A stretch of 64,000 nt of DNA from Candidatus Micrarchaeota archaeon (GCA_021812185.1 JAKAON010000001.1:45929-109928), one strand, 5' to 3'. Shown: positions 27,230 to 37,091, counted from the stretch's first letter. Numbers and translations: made by a program. Notes: generated from the letters alone by a model not told the origin.

Positions 27230-28228
27230 TTATATCTGTGAAACAAACGGATTGCAAACATCATATTTTACATCAAACATCCCTTCCTTGTTGATTTTTG
27301 ATGCAGTAGCTATTTTATGCACACTGCGTTTCCCTTCTCCAGCATACATATCTATAGAATAGGTATCAAATGCCGATATTCTTCCAGAGGTTTTGCCCAC
27401 AGTGGCATAGTTCCCTATCGTCTCGTTGATGTTAACAAAATTGACTTTGCTGAATTTTGGAAGATAGTCTACCCCCCATACGCCGGTTGCCCTTTCAACC
27501 ACCCAATCTGCACTTAGCCTCGAGGCATTGTAGTAAACCTCTTTTGTATAAATAGGTTTACCTGAAGTCAGATCTTGAAACTTCAAATTCCACATGTCGG
27601 TTGTCCCTTTAACCAAGCTCACATTTGCGTATATCAAATCGCCTGGCTTAATGGATATAGGTATATTTTGCATATATGGAAAGAGTTCGTACCACGCAAC
27701 GTATCTGACAACGCCATCATCGACCCTCTCCTTAGTGCCTATTTGGATCAGGGTGTTATCTTTATTCACATATCCCCCTATACCAACCCAGGTGTACATC
27801 ACATATGTGTCTTGTGCATCAAAAGCGCCGCTAGAATCGCCAGTACAACCATACTGCACTTTAGGCACATACCATGCACCTGAAACCGAAGTTACTGCAG
27901 GCTCTGGCTTGGCGGCATTTGATATTGCGATTATGCCAGCCCAATTGGTTGACGTCTTCCTCAAATTAGTATGATCCGAACTTGCAGTTTGCGCAATGAG
28001 TGATTGGGGTTTAACTTGAGGTGTTTGGGCATAAATGCTTGAGGCTGTTGTGGAAATCGCGAGTGTGATAGATAGCGCAAGAGCAGTTGTTTTGGCCTTT
28101 GAAGCTGCCTTTTTATAAAAACCTCTAAGTAGCTCAGAAAAAATGTTAGGATTTGAGCCAGCCAATACAGGCATATCTTTGGCCCCCGAGTTTATATCAT
28201 TCTTAGAATGATCCTGTAGAATTTTCAT
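27230..28228 (-). CDS. Peptidase G1 (eqolisin)-like protein, paralogue 2
   Basis: STNWAGIIA, YTWVGIGG, LIQIGT, VAWYELFP and LSADWVVERA. There is an N-terminal TM/signal (TTALALSITLAISTTASSIYA). Confidence 0.65.
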   Translation of the reverse strand: MKILQDHSKNDINSGAKDMPVLAGSNPNIFSELLRGFYKKAASKAKTTALALSITLAISTTASSIYAQTPQVKPQSLIAQTASSDHTNLRKTSTNWAGIIAISNAAKPEPAVTSVSGAWYVPKVQYGCTGDSSGAFDAQDTYVMYTWVGIGGYVNKDNTLIQIGTKERVDDGVVRYVAWYELFPYMQNIPISIKPGDLIYANVSLVKGTTDMWNLKFQDLTSGKPIYTKEVYYNASRLSADWVVERATGVWGVDYLPKFSKVNFVNINETIGNYATVGKTSGRISAFDTYSIDMYAGEGKRSVHKIATASKINKEGMFDVKYDVCNPFVSQI

Positions 28229-28327
28229 TGAATATCTATTGGGTAATGCAATAGCATGGGATTTAAGCTTACTGTGTTAATTGAGAGGCGATATGTGAAA
28301 CTAATATTAAAGTAATTTTGGCGCATG

Positions 28328-29203
28328 TTAGTTAGCTCCGAAATTTCGGACGCTAGGATAGATGAATCTCACTATCAGATATAATGCGAATACTATACTT
28401 GTTATAAAGAAACTCACAGGATAAGGCTCGTAAAATGATATGAATATGCCTATCCATGTTGACAGGAGAGCTATTAGCACGGATAGTGTTACGGCAAAGA
28501 CAGGTTTGGACGTAAGCCGGATTGCAATTGCGGCTGGTGTGACCATGAGCGCGAATATAAGGAGTACACCGACAACTTGAACTGCTATTGATACCGATGC
28601 TGCGAGCAGTATCATGAATATTATTCCTAATTTAAGCGTGCGCATTCCCTTAGCTTCTGCGACTTCTTCGTCTAAAGATGCAAATAGGAGGGGTCTATAC
28701 ACGATGGCTGCAACTGCCATAATTATAAAACTGACCACTAGTGTCAACAACACATCGCCACTGCTTATTCCCAGTATCTCCCCAAACAGTATCGAATACG
28801 CTTCAGTTGCATATCCCGTATATAGGCTTATGAATAACACACCGAGGCCCAAAGTGAATGCAAGTATTGTCCCTATTTCCACATCGCGCTGCGTGGCGCG
28901 ATTCCCAAGCACAGCTATACCTACGCCGCTTAGCATAGAGAATGTTAGAAGGCCCAGTACCGGGCTAACTCCAATAAGTACTGCTCCGGCTGCTCCTGCA
29001 AATCCTATTTCGGCAAAAGCATGAGCGGCAAAGGATGATTTTCGCAGTACTACAAGATACCCCATTATGCCTGCGACTATAGCAACTACAGTACCCGCTT
29101 CGAATGCGTGCTGCATGAACTGATAGTGAAGCATCGTTTGAAAAGCGGATATTATGTCGATTGAAAGTAACATGTTATCATACCCCGTGATGGTCCTCAG
29201 CAC
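28328..29203 (-). CDS. Metal ABC transporter permease (ABC-3 / ZnuB-MntB family)
   Basis: About 8 TM segments with typical ABC-3 composition. It overlaps the upstream ATPase gene, indicating an operon. Confidence 0.75.
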   Translation of the reverse strand: MLRTITGYDNMLLSIDIISAFQTMLHYQFMQHAFEAGTVVAIVAGIMGYLVVLRKSSFAAHAFAEIGFAGAAGAVLIGVSPVLGLLTFSMLSGVGIAVLGNRATQRDVEIGTILAFTLGLGVLFISLYTGYATEAYSILFGEILGISSGDVLLTLVVSFIIMAVAAIVYRPLLFASLDEEVAEAKGMRTLKLGIIFMILLAASVSIAVQVVGVLLIFALMVTPAAIAIRLTSKPVFAVTLSVLIALLSTWIGIFISFYEPYPVSFFITSIVFALYLIVRFIYPSVRNFGAN

Positions 29204-30032
29204 CTATGATCACTATGTTGTCCCTAGAATCCCTCAATACTTCGACACGGGTCCCATATAGTTCACTAAGGCGTTTTGAAGTTAAGACTTCTTCAGGAGT
29301 TCCCGTTGCAACCTTTCCGTTTGCTATGTATATTACCTTGTCAAGGAAGTGTATTAGCGGATTTATATCGTGTGCGACCAAAAACACAGTTACATTGCGC
29401 GAACGGACCACGTCGTCAACCACACGTACCAGATCTTTGGTGCGCTTGATATCTAAATTTGACAGAGGTTCATCAAGAAGCAGCATTTCTGGATTGCTTA
29501 CTAGTGCTTCTGCAAGGAATATCCTTTGGAGCTCTCCGCCAGATAGCGACCCAAGCGATTTGTTAGAGAGTTCCGCTGCGCCCACCGCGCTAAGTGCACC
29601 ATGGGCTGCCTCTTTCTCTTTCTGAGAGGATATGCTAAGCCCCCATCGATGCCCAGAGTATGCAAGGCGCACAAGCTCCACACATGCGATGTTGGTTTCG
29701 TTGTCTATTGTGTGGCGCTGCGGCACATATCCGATTTTAGAATTACCACGCGCAGGTTTGGAGCCAAATACGTTTAATGTGCCTTCTATTGGATTTTGCA
29801 GGCCCAGAAGCATTCGGAACATCGTTGTCTTGCCTGCTCCATTTGGACCAATGACTGCAACGAACTCGCCGCGATTAACGCTGAAATTTGCATTTTTCCA
29901 TACCTTTTTGTTTCCGTATCCCACAGTGAGATTTCTAGCGGCAACTATCTCGTTTCGTGCATCGTCAAGCTTTACTTTTGAATTCATAGCATCATGCTCT
30001 TTTCTTGTCAAGCTCGCTTTTATAGAGAGCAT
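29178..30032 (-). CDS. Metal ABC transporter ATP-binding protein (ZnuC-like)
   Basis: Walker A GPNGAGKTT, signature LSGGELQR, and Walker B LLLDEP. Confidence 0.85.
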   Translation of the reverse strand: MLSIKASLTRKEHDAMNSKVKLDDARNEIVAARNLTVGYGNKKVWKNANFSVNRGEFVAVIGPNGAGKTTMFRMLLGLQNPIEGTLNVFGSKPARGNSKIGYVPQRHTIDNETNIACVELVRLAYSGHRWGLSISSQKEKEAAHGALSAVGAAELSNKSLGSLSGGELQRIFLAEALVSNPEMLLLDEPLSNLDIKRTKDLVRVVDDVVRSRNVTVFLVAHDINPLIHFLDKVIYIANGKVATGTPEEVLTSKRLSELYGTRVEVLRDSRDNIVIIGAEDHHGV

Positions 30033-31005
30033 TTTGTAGATTTAACAGTTCCGAATTCATCCAGGTTTGATAAGAGGTGTTTGGAGGTTGTATAGTTTCT
30101 GTAACGCCCACTGCAGTTATATTGTTTTGTGCAGCTATCTGTTTCATCTGATCAGTCAGTGGAGTAATAGTTTGTTCATTGTATATAAGCACACTCACAT
30201 TTCCGCTCTCAAGTTGATTTTCAAAGACTGCAATACTTTGCGACGGCGGATCAACACCCTCGGAAACTGAATTCATAAATGATGGCGGCGATATCAAATC
30301 CAGCCCTGTGGCGTTTGCAAGGTATACTGACACGCTCTCCGTCGATGCGATCTTGGTCCCTGCAAATTGGCCCTTGATTTGCGCCATCTTCCCATCCACT
30401 TGTGCAAGAGATGCATTCAGTGCGGCATATCGCAGTGAATAGTATTTGGAGTTTTGTGGATCAGCTAAAACAAGGTCGCCGTACATTTGTTTTACTGTTG
30501 CATTGACATATTTTGGATTATACCACAGATGCGGATTCGTGCCGTTTTGGAGGCCTAATAGCGCCCCGACGTTTATTATTGTTCTGTTTGGATTATTGCT
30601 CGCTGAGGTTAATTTAAGCGCCCACTCGTCATATCCCACTCCATTGATTATCACTATATTTGCGTTGGATATTTCGCGTGCATCGTACGCGCTAGCTTCG
30701 TATTCGTGCGGATCGGCATTAGGATCTGTGACCATGCTGGTAACATTGCAGTGTATGCCGCATAATTGACTCATCAGACTCCCCCAAAAGTTTTCGGCAG
30801 CCACGATATGCAGCACTCTTGTATTAGTGCCCAATGCCTGACTACTGTTAGTCGAATAAGTATTATTGCTGTTGAGTTGAGCACTTGAACTTTGATATAC
30901 TGCATATGCGATTGCGAAGACAATGACTAACGCTAGCCCTATCAAAATATTATTTTTACTCTTCAATTTACCGCCGTCCATTATTAACTGAGTAGTTATA
31001 ACCAT
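29992..31005 (-). CDS. Metal ABC transporter substrate-binding protein (ZnuA/TroA family)
   Basis: N-terminal TM anchor. HIVAAENFWGS, DPHEYE and NPHLWYNP are metal-ligand-region motifs of cluster A-I SBPs. Confidence 0.75.
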   Translation of the reverse strand: MVITTQLIMDGGKLKSKNNILIGLALVIVFAIAYAVYQSSSAQLNSNNTYSTNSSQALGTNTRVLHIVAAENFWGSLMSQLCGIHCNVTSMVTDPNADPHEYEASAYDAREISNANIVIINGVGYDEWALKLTSASNNPNRTIINVGALLGLQNGTNPHLWYNPKYVNATVKQMYGDLVLADPQNSKYYSLRYAALNASLAQVDGKMAQIKGQFAGTKIASTESVSVYLANATGLDLISPPSFMNSVSEGVDPPSQSIAVFENQLESGNVSVLIYNEQTITPLTDQMKQIAAQNNITAVGVTETIQPPNTSYQTWMNSELLNLQNALYKSELDKKRA

Positions 31006-31011
31006 ATATTG

Positions 31012-31040
31012 TTATTAACTTTTAAAGCTTTTGTTAATAA
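31012..31040. promoter_or_regulatory. Perfect 8-bp inverted repeat over the predicted promoter of the metal ABC operon (candidate operator)
   Basis: TTATTAAC-N13-GTTAATAA lies 7-35 nt upstream of start codon 31005 (minus strand). The spacer contains an AAAGCTTT palindrome. Confidence 0.3.
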
Positions 31041-31098
31041 TTTTTTATTTGTGTAGCAAGTGCTAGATGTTCTCGAAACAGCAGGTTTTAGACATCTA

Positions 31099-31566
31099 CT
31101 ACTTTTTCTTTCCGCGTATCTTTGATGCAAGTCTCTTAAGTTTTGACATTTCGGCAGTCGGACCTAGTTGTGTGGATATGAAACCAGTATATTTGGGGTA
31201 AAATACTTTTTTATGTGAAACCACTTCCCTGAATTTCGCATCGAGTCCATGCAGAGGGTAAAGTTTTATGTGTACATGATTGACACCCAAGCCCTCCATG
31301 ACCATTGCCACCCTTTTTACCCCAAGTCCTTTTTCAAGCAACTTTGCAACTTTCTTTGCTGCGAGCATTAGATTTACGTAATCTTTTTCTGGCATATCGA
31401 ATGAATACGAATGGTGATGCTTCTTTGGTATAACAAGCGTCATGCCGAGTGTGTTTGGATTGAGGTCCAAAAATGCCATAAAGCTTTTATCCTCCCAGAT
31501 CTTTGCGGATTGCACTTCTCCGCTTGATATTTTGCAGAATATATCTGCATCTTGTTTGTTTTGCAT
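31099..31566 (-). CDS. HIT-family protein with variant triad (H-V-H-I-K)
   Basis: CKISSGE, AFLDLNPNTLGMTLVIPKKH and VNHVHIKLYP. Confidence 0.7.
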   Translation of the reverse strand: MQNKQDADIFCKISSGEVQSAKIWEDKSFMAFLDLNPNTLGMTLVIPKKHHHSYSFDMPEKDYVNLMLAAKKVAKLLEKGLGVKRVAMVMEGLGVNHVHIKLYPLHGLDAKFREVVSHKKVFYPKYTGFISTQLGPTAEMSKLKRLASKIRGKKK

Positions 31567-31737
31567 GGTTACACGTTAGGTTACCAGTTCGTGCCGCGGA
31601 CAAATTTTTACTCCTGGTTATTCGTAGCCCATTATTTGCTCGTGCAAAATATTTAATTATGTATGTAGACTTGCGAACCAAATTTTGATAATGGATCGTT
31701 TTTTATATTTCTCTAGAAACATGATTGTAGTGATTGT

Positions 31738-32346
31738 ATGACAGGTATAGATATATTGACGAGCCAGCTCTTCGTGCTTGGGTTCATGGGACTTACAATA
31801 TGTTACATAACTATGCACAGCTACCTACTCTTTAGGAAGGGGAAGAAAAGCGACCCTAGCATGAGGGCAGGTGCCATACCGCTTGCGACGCTTGGAATTT
31901 ACGCATTTATAAGTGGATTATTTGGACAATTCACATGGCCGCTAAGCGGTGCGTATGATATACTGTATTATGATATATATCCACTGATAGGGCTTTTGTT
32001 TCTGGGATTTGCATGGTCCTTGCACAAGAGGCTCCAGCTACAATATGCCGGGTTCTTCGGCCTGCTTCTTGGGATAATGTCGGTATATTATGGGTATATG
32101 GGATATGCAGCCGGACTCTCTCAAGCCCCAATTGCAGTTTTGGGCCTCTTTTCGCTATTTGGCTTTGCAGGGATACTTGGATATCCAGTAACGCTTATGC
32201 TTGATCGTGCAGGCGAGGGCAACAAAAATAAATGGATGGGATGGAGAGTGATCATATTGGCATTTTGGATCCTGCTTATGTTAGGCAGCCTGCTTGCGAT
32301 TTACATAGCGATGATGGCCGTTCCAGCACATTTTCAGATCTTTTAG
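31738..32346 (+). CDS. Integral membrane protein (DUF981-like)
   Basis: Six predicted TM helices and no catalytic motif. The family assignment is tentative. Confidence 0.4.
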   Translation: MTGIDILTSQLFVLGFMGLTICYITMHSYLLFRKGKKSDPSMRAGAIPLATLGIYAFISGLFGQFTWPLSGAYDILYYDIYPLIGLLFLGFAWSLHKRLQLQYAGFFGLLLGIMSVYYGYMGYAAGLSQAPIAVLGLFSLFGFAGILGYPVTLMLDRAGEGNKNKWMGWRVIILAFWILLMLGSLLAIYIAMMAVPAHFQIF

Positions 32347-32358
32347 CGTTGAACTGAA

Positions 32359-32601
32359 ATGAGAATAATAGCTGGAAAGTATATGCACTTCAAGGGAAAG
32401 GAGTACGAAGTCCTAGGAGTGGCAAAACATAGCGAGACGCTTGAGGATTTTGTTGTTTACAAGGCATTATATGGAAAGAGAGAGATTTGGATAAGGCCGA
32501 AATCGATGTTTCTCGAAAAGGTATCTTGGAAGGGCAGGAGAATTCCGCGATTTAAACCCATGCTAAAAGGCTCAAATACAGAGAGCAAAGCGCACACGTG
32601 A
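32359..32601 (+). CDS. DUF1653-family protein
   Basis: YMHFKGKEYEVLGVAKHSETLEDFVVYKALYG...WIRPKSMF matches the DUF1653 core. Confidence 0.6.
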   Translation: MRIIAGKYMHFKGKEYEVLGVAKHSETLEDFVVYKALYGKREIWIRPKSMFLEKVSWKGRRIPRFKPMLKGSNTESKAHT

Positions 32602-32656
32602 AACTATACAAAGGTATATAAAAGTTCAATCTAATAGATTAGCATTGGTGTTTTAT

Positions 32657-33064
32657 ATGATAACCGATATCAGCATAAATAATGTAGAGGCTAAGAGACA
32701 GAGCAAGGACACAATAACAAACATGAAGTTTAACATAAACTTTGATAATGTTAAAGTCACCGGAGACATGGTGGAAGTTGCGTATACATTCGTAACCAAC
32801 TATGAGAGCGGGAGCCCTTCTGCCCCTAAGAGCGTTGGTGATCTCAAGATAGTCGGGTCGATATCCTCAAAAGAGGACAAGAGACAGCTTGAGAACATAG
32901 AGAAGACTTGGAAGGAGAAGAAGACCCTGCCACTTGACTTCGCGGAAAACGTGATAAACCTGCTTAACTTCGAATGCGGCGCAAGAGGAACGCTTGTTGC
33001 ATATTCAATAGGGTTTGTAGCACCGCTGCCACTGTCCAGAGCAAGGCTGCAAGAGAAGGAATAA
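32657..33064 (+). CDS. Hypothetical protein
   Basis: ORF with the ATG at 32657 preceded by aaaggtatataaaa (32610-32624). No recognisable motif. Confidence 0.4.
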   Translation: MITDISINNVEAKRQSKDTITNMKFNINFDNVKVTGDMVEVAYTFVTNYESGSPSAPKSVGDLKIVGSISSKEDKRQLENIEKTWKEKKTLPLDFAENVINLLNFECGARGTLVAYSIGFVAPLPLSRARLQEKE

Positions 33065-33121
33065 AATAGTACCTTCTTTTTGGGATAGGATATTTTATTT
33101 TTCCCTTTATTATTTATCTTT

Positions 33122-35539
33122 ATGAGCACTTACGAGCTACGCGGCGTAATAACCGACATAGATTACACTATCAAAGACTCAAATACAGTAATAAGAATTG
33201 CGTTCAAGACGAACGAAGGGAGCAAAATCCTAAAGGATTACAACTTTCTCCCCTATTTTTATCTAGTGCCTCACAACAATGCACTTACCAAAGAATCGTT
33301 TGAATCTGTTAGGATTATAGGCGACAGAGGAGAGGAGATAACAGTAGAGAGGATCGATGAAGTCCGAAAAATGCTGGAGCAAAGCGAAGTTAGGGCATTT
33401 AGAGTGTATGCAAAGAACCCAAGATTCATCCCAAAACTCAGCGCAGCGCTCTCCGATTTTGGCAGATGCTACGAATATGATATCGTTTTTTGGAAGAGGT
33501 ATATAATAGACAGAGGCATTTCGCCGCTTTCTGCAATCAAGGCTACAGTGAGAGAGCAAGATGGCGAAATTTCCATAGAGCGTATTGAAAATGTGCAAGG
33601 GCAACTAGATGTAAAACTAAGCCACATATGCTTCGACATCGAGACATACAACCCGTTGGGAGTTCCCAGAATGGATAAAGATCCCACAATAATGATAAGC
33701 TATACAGATGGGGATAAAAGCGAGGTTTTTGCAACAAAGAAGATAAAGGAGAAATTCGTCAAAACATTCCATAGCGAGTCCGAAATGATAAAGGGGTTTG
33801 TTGAGGTCATAAATAACGCGGATGCCGATATCATAGTCGGATATAACTCATCCAACTTCGATCTTCCGTATTTACTTGAGAGGGGCAAAGTGAGCGGATC
33901 TGGTTTTGCGATTGGAAGATGGGATGGGGAGGTCAGGCAGGAGAGCCACGGCCTCATGCAGGCTTTCAAGATCCCAGGAAGAACTAACCTAGACATATAC
34001 AACGTGGCAAAATTCGTTTCTGTTGTTGGAGCGGCAGAGCAGTTGATAAAAGTAAATAGCTTCAAATTAGGAGATATCTACAACGCGGTGACAGGCAATA
34101 CTAAAGTAACTGTAGTCAAGACGAATATATGGCAGCTCTGGGACAACGAAGGCGAGGAGCTTGAGGAACTTGCGAGATACTCGTTGAGCGATGCGCTCTC
34201 TTTGGATGCGTTGTATGACTTCTTCTTGCCTCTTGAAATAGAGGTCGCGCGCGCAAGCGGGACCACACTTGGGGAAGCGGCAATATCGACTACCGGGCAG
34301 TTGGTTGAATTTGTGCTAATGAGATATGCCAACATTTACAATTATATAATACCGAACAAGCCAAGCGACAACGAGATACATGAGAGGACAGCCAACCCAT
34401 TCGAAGGAGCGTACGTGAAGACTCCAGAGGCAGGGATATATGAGAATATAGTGGTCTTCGACTTCCGCGGGTTATATCCGTCGATAATAATAGCGCACAA
34501 TATAGACAATTCTACATTGTGTACAGACTGTGAAGATGCGTTCGTTGCTCCGGACGGATCAAGATTTAGGAAGGATAGAAAGGGCGTCATGCCCATTGTG
34601 CTCAAGAAGCTAATAGATGAAAGAAACGAAGTTAAAAAGCTGCACAAGAAAAACCCGGATGATAAATCATTATCTGGAAGGTACCAGGCATTGAAGATAC
34701 TTGCAAACTCGTTCTACGGATACATGGGATATGCCCGTTCCCGATGGTACAATAGGAAATGCGCAGCAAGCGTGACTGCATACGGAAGGCAATTTATAAC
34801 AAAGGTCATCGATGATGCAGGAGCTGCAGGTTTCAATGTAATATATGGCGATACTGATTCTGTATTCCTTGCACTTGGAAATAAAACCAGGGATGATGCG
34901 ATGGCATTTCTTGCCAATGTGAACGGAAAACTGCCAGAGGGGATGGAACTTGAACTAGAGGACTTCTATTCGCGCGGGGTTTTTGTAGGAAAAAGGGGGA
35001 GCGAAGGAGGAGCAAAGAAGAAGTATGCGATGCTCTCCGAGTCGGGCAAGATAAAAATAAAGGGATTTGAATTGGTAAGAAGGGACTGGTCGAAGATTGC
35101 AAGAGACACCCAGCGTGCGGTCCTTGAAACCATACTCAAAGAAGGAGACAAGGACAAGGCAGCAAACATAGTCAAAGAGGTCGTTGAAAAATTAAAGGGA
35201 GGGAAGGTACCGTTTAGCGAACTTGCAATAAGCACGCAGCTAAAGAAAGGACTTGGCAAGTACGATATAAAATCCCCTGAAGTTGCAGCTGCCAGCAGGG
35301 CGGTGAAGGACGGATTCAAGAAAAAGAACGAAGTTGAGGGCGCGGTAATAAGCTTCGTCATAACCAAGGACGGAAATAGCATAAGCGACAGGGCGAGGAT
35401 AGTTGAGATGGCAGAAAATTATGACCCAGATTATTATATTAATCACCAGATAATACCATCGACTTTGAAGATACTCAAGGAACTAGGGTATAATGCGGAT
35501 GAGCTTAAGTCAAAGGGCTCGCAAAAGAAATTGGGATGA
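33122..35539 (+). CDS. polB: DNA polymerase, family B
   Basis: Exo I FDIETYN, Exo II YNSSNFDLPYL, and polymerase motifs DFRGLYPSIIIAHNI, KILANSFYGYMGY and YGDTDS. No intein. Confidence 0.95.
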   Translation: MSTYELRGVITDIDYTIKDSNTVIRIAFKTNEGSKILKDYNFLPYFYLVPHNNALTKESFESVRIIGDRGEEITVERIDEVRKMLEQSEVRAFRVYAKNPRFIPKLSAALSDFGRCYEYDIVFWKRYIIDRGISPLSAIKATVREQDGEISIERIENVQGQLDVKLSHICFDIETYNPLGVPRMDKDPTIMISYTDGDKSEVFATKKIKEKFVKTFHSESEMIKGFVEVINNADADIIVGYNSSNFDLPYLLERGKVSGSGFAIGRWDGEVRQESHGLMQAFKIPGRTNLDIYNVAKFVSVVGAAEQLIKVNSFKLGDIYNAVTGNTKVTVVKTNIWQLWDNEGEELEELARYSLSDALSLDALYDFFLPLEIEVARASGTTLGEAAISTTGQLVEFVLMRYANIYNYIIPNKPSDNEIHERTANPFEGAYVKTPEAGIYENIVVFDFRGLYPSIIIAHNIDNSTLCTDCEDAFVAPDGSRFRKDRKGVMPIVLKKLIDERNEVKKLHKKNPDDKSLSGRYQALKILANSFYGYMGYARSRWYNRKCAASVTAYGRQFITKVIDDAGAAGFNVIYGDTDSVFLALGNKTRDDAMAFLANVNGKLPEGMELELEDFYSRGVFVGKRGSEGGAKKKYAMLSESGKIKIKGFELVRRDWSKIARDTQRAVLETILKEGDKDKAANIVKEVVEKLKGGKVPFSELAISTQLKKGLGKYDIKSPEVAAASRAVKDGFKKKNEVEGAVISFVITKDGNSISDRARIVEMAENYDPDYYINHQIIPSTLKILKELGYNADELKSKGSQKKLG

Positions 35540-36447
35540 ATATCATGAACGAATTTGAATATGAAACTGACTTGAAGCTTTTAGGTGAAGTAGGGAGGGT
35601 GTCTAGGGACGCACTCGATTACTCGAAACATATGATAAAGCCGGAAATGAGCTTGCTTGAGATTGCAAGCAACATTGAGGATTTCATAGCCCAACGTGGA
35701 TGTTCGTACGCTTTTCCAACAAATCTCAGCATAAACGAACAGGCTGCGCACTATACCCCATCATATGACGATGATATGATAGTTAAAAATGGAGATATTT
35801 TAAAAGTGGATCTTGGTGCAAGAAGCGCAGACTGCATCACAGACTGTGCGATAACGATTAATGTAGGGAACGAACCTGACAAGATGATAGAAACATGCGA
35901 CAAGGCACTTGAAGCGGCAATAAGCAAGGTTCGCGCAGGGACAACGATGCAAGAGATTGGAAGGGTGGTTGATGATGTTGTTACCTTGGGCGGATTCACC
36001 ACGATAAAGAACCTTGGAGGGCACGGGGTTGCGAAAGGAGAACTTCATGCTGAGATATTCATACCAAACTATGACAACGGTGATGACACGCAGCTTGAAG
36101 AAGGGCAGGTAATAGCTGTAGAGGTATTCATAACCACAGGAAAGGGATATGTTAAGGAAGGTGAAGAAGTGCAGATATTCCAGAAGGCGCAGGGAATGCC
36201 TAGGATGAGAGAGATGAGGGAAATAGCACAGTTCATAGATGAGAATTACAGGACATATCCGTTTGCATTTAGGTGGCTCATGAAACAGTTTAATTCTGAA
36301 TTTCGGATAAAGGCCACGCTCAACGAATTGCTCAGGTCAGGAGCTCTGGAAACTTTCCCTGTCCTAGTTGATGATGGAGAGGGAATAGTGGCGCAAAGCG
36401 AGAAGACGGTGCTTGTTGAAAGGGATTCGTGCAAGATAATAACTTAG
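35536..36447 (+). CDS. map: Methionine aminopeptidase, type 2 (archaeal)
   Basis: AFPTNLSINEQAAHYTP, DLGA...DCA, GHG and the C-terminal insert domain. ATGA overlap with the polB stop. Confidence 0.85.
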   Translation: MNIMNEFEYETDLKLLGEVGRVSRDALDYSKHMIKPEMSLLEIASNIEDFIAQRGCSYAFPTNLSINEQAAHYTPSYDDDMIVKNGDILKVDLGARSADCITDCAITINVGNEPDKMIETCDKALEAAISKVRAGTTMQEIGRVVDDVVTLGGFTTIKNLGGHGVAKGELHAEIFIPNYDNGDDTQLEEGQVIAVEVFITTGKGYVKEGEEVQIFQKAQGMPRMREMREIAQFIDENYRTYPFAFRWLMKQFNSEFRIKATLNELLRSGALETFPVLVDDGEGIVAQSEKTVLVERDSCKIIT

Positions 36448-37076
36448 TGCTTAGATTTTAGGTCTAAACCCTTCTTGCCCTGTTGGCTGCCGATAGATTG
36501 TATATTGGTATCCTCGGCCTTCTTGATTCCACGATTGTATGCTGCTTGGGTTATGAAGTACCCTATCACAATTGCGAGTATTACAAGTATTGCAAAGTTC
36601 TGCTCGTCTTTCCTGTTGCCCGCTATGCCTTTTACCATCTGCACTGATTGCTGGAATGTCTCAACGTACACTATTATGTTGAGAACTTCAAAGATCGTGT
36701 TTATCGCGGCTATTACTATAGACCATATATTCTTGGTCTTGGCGGCGATGATTATGGACTGTATTGTTATCATGAGTCCGAATCCGATTATCATGAGTCC
36801 GAATACAAGGGAGTCGAATCCGAGCACTGCGGTTGCAGTGGCTGGATCTATATATCCTAGATACGCCCCTACGTAACTGAGCACCACTAAAAGCACATAT
36901 GTTATGCCTGCGAAGGCAAGCCCCACTCCAGACCATGCAGCGGCGACAGTGAATCCAGAAGTATTTTGCTGCTTCCTTAGCATTCCGATGTTATAACCGC
37001 TGGCATATGCGTCCCAGATGGATATTCCAAAATCGAATATCAGTATCAATAATACCAAAATATCTGCAAATGCCAT
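36444..37076 (-). CDS. Integral membrane protein, hypothetical
   Basis: Five to six TM helices. Contains an internal 7-aa tandem duplication (FGLMIIG/FGLMITI). Confidence 0.45.
   Translation of the reverse strand: MAFADILVLLILIFDFGISIWDAYASGYNIGMLRKQQNTSGFTVAAAWSGVGLAFAGITYVLLVVLSYVGAYLGYIDPATATAVLGFDSLVFGLMIIGFGLMITIQSIIIAAKTKNIWSIVIAAINTIFEVLNIIVYVETFQQSVQMVKGIAGNRKDEQNFAILVILAIVIGYFITQAAYNRGIKKAEDTNIQSIGSQQGKKGLDLKSKH
36767..36804. repeat. Tandem duplication, 21-bp period (17 nt identical) inside membrane-protein CDS
   Basis: ttatcatgagtccgaat occurs at 36767-36783 and again at 36788-36804. Confidence 0.8.
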
Positions 37077-37091
37077 TTTAATTCACCAAAA

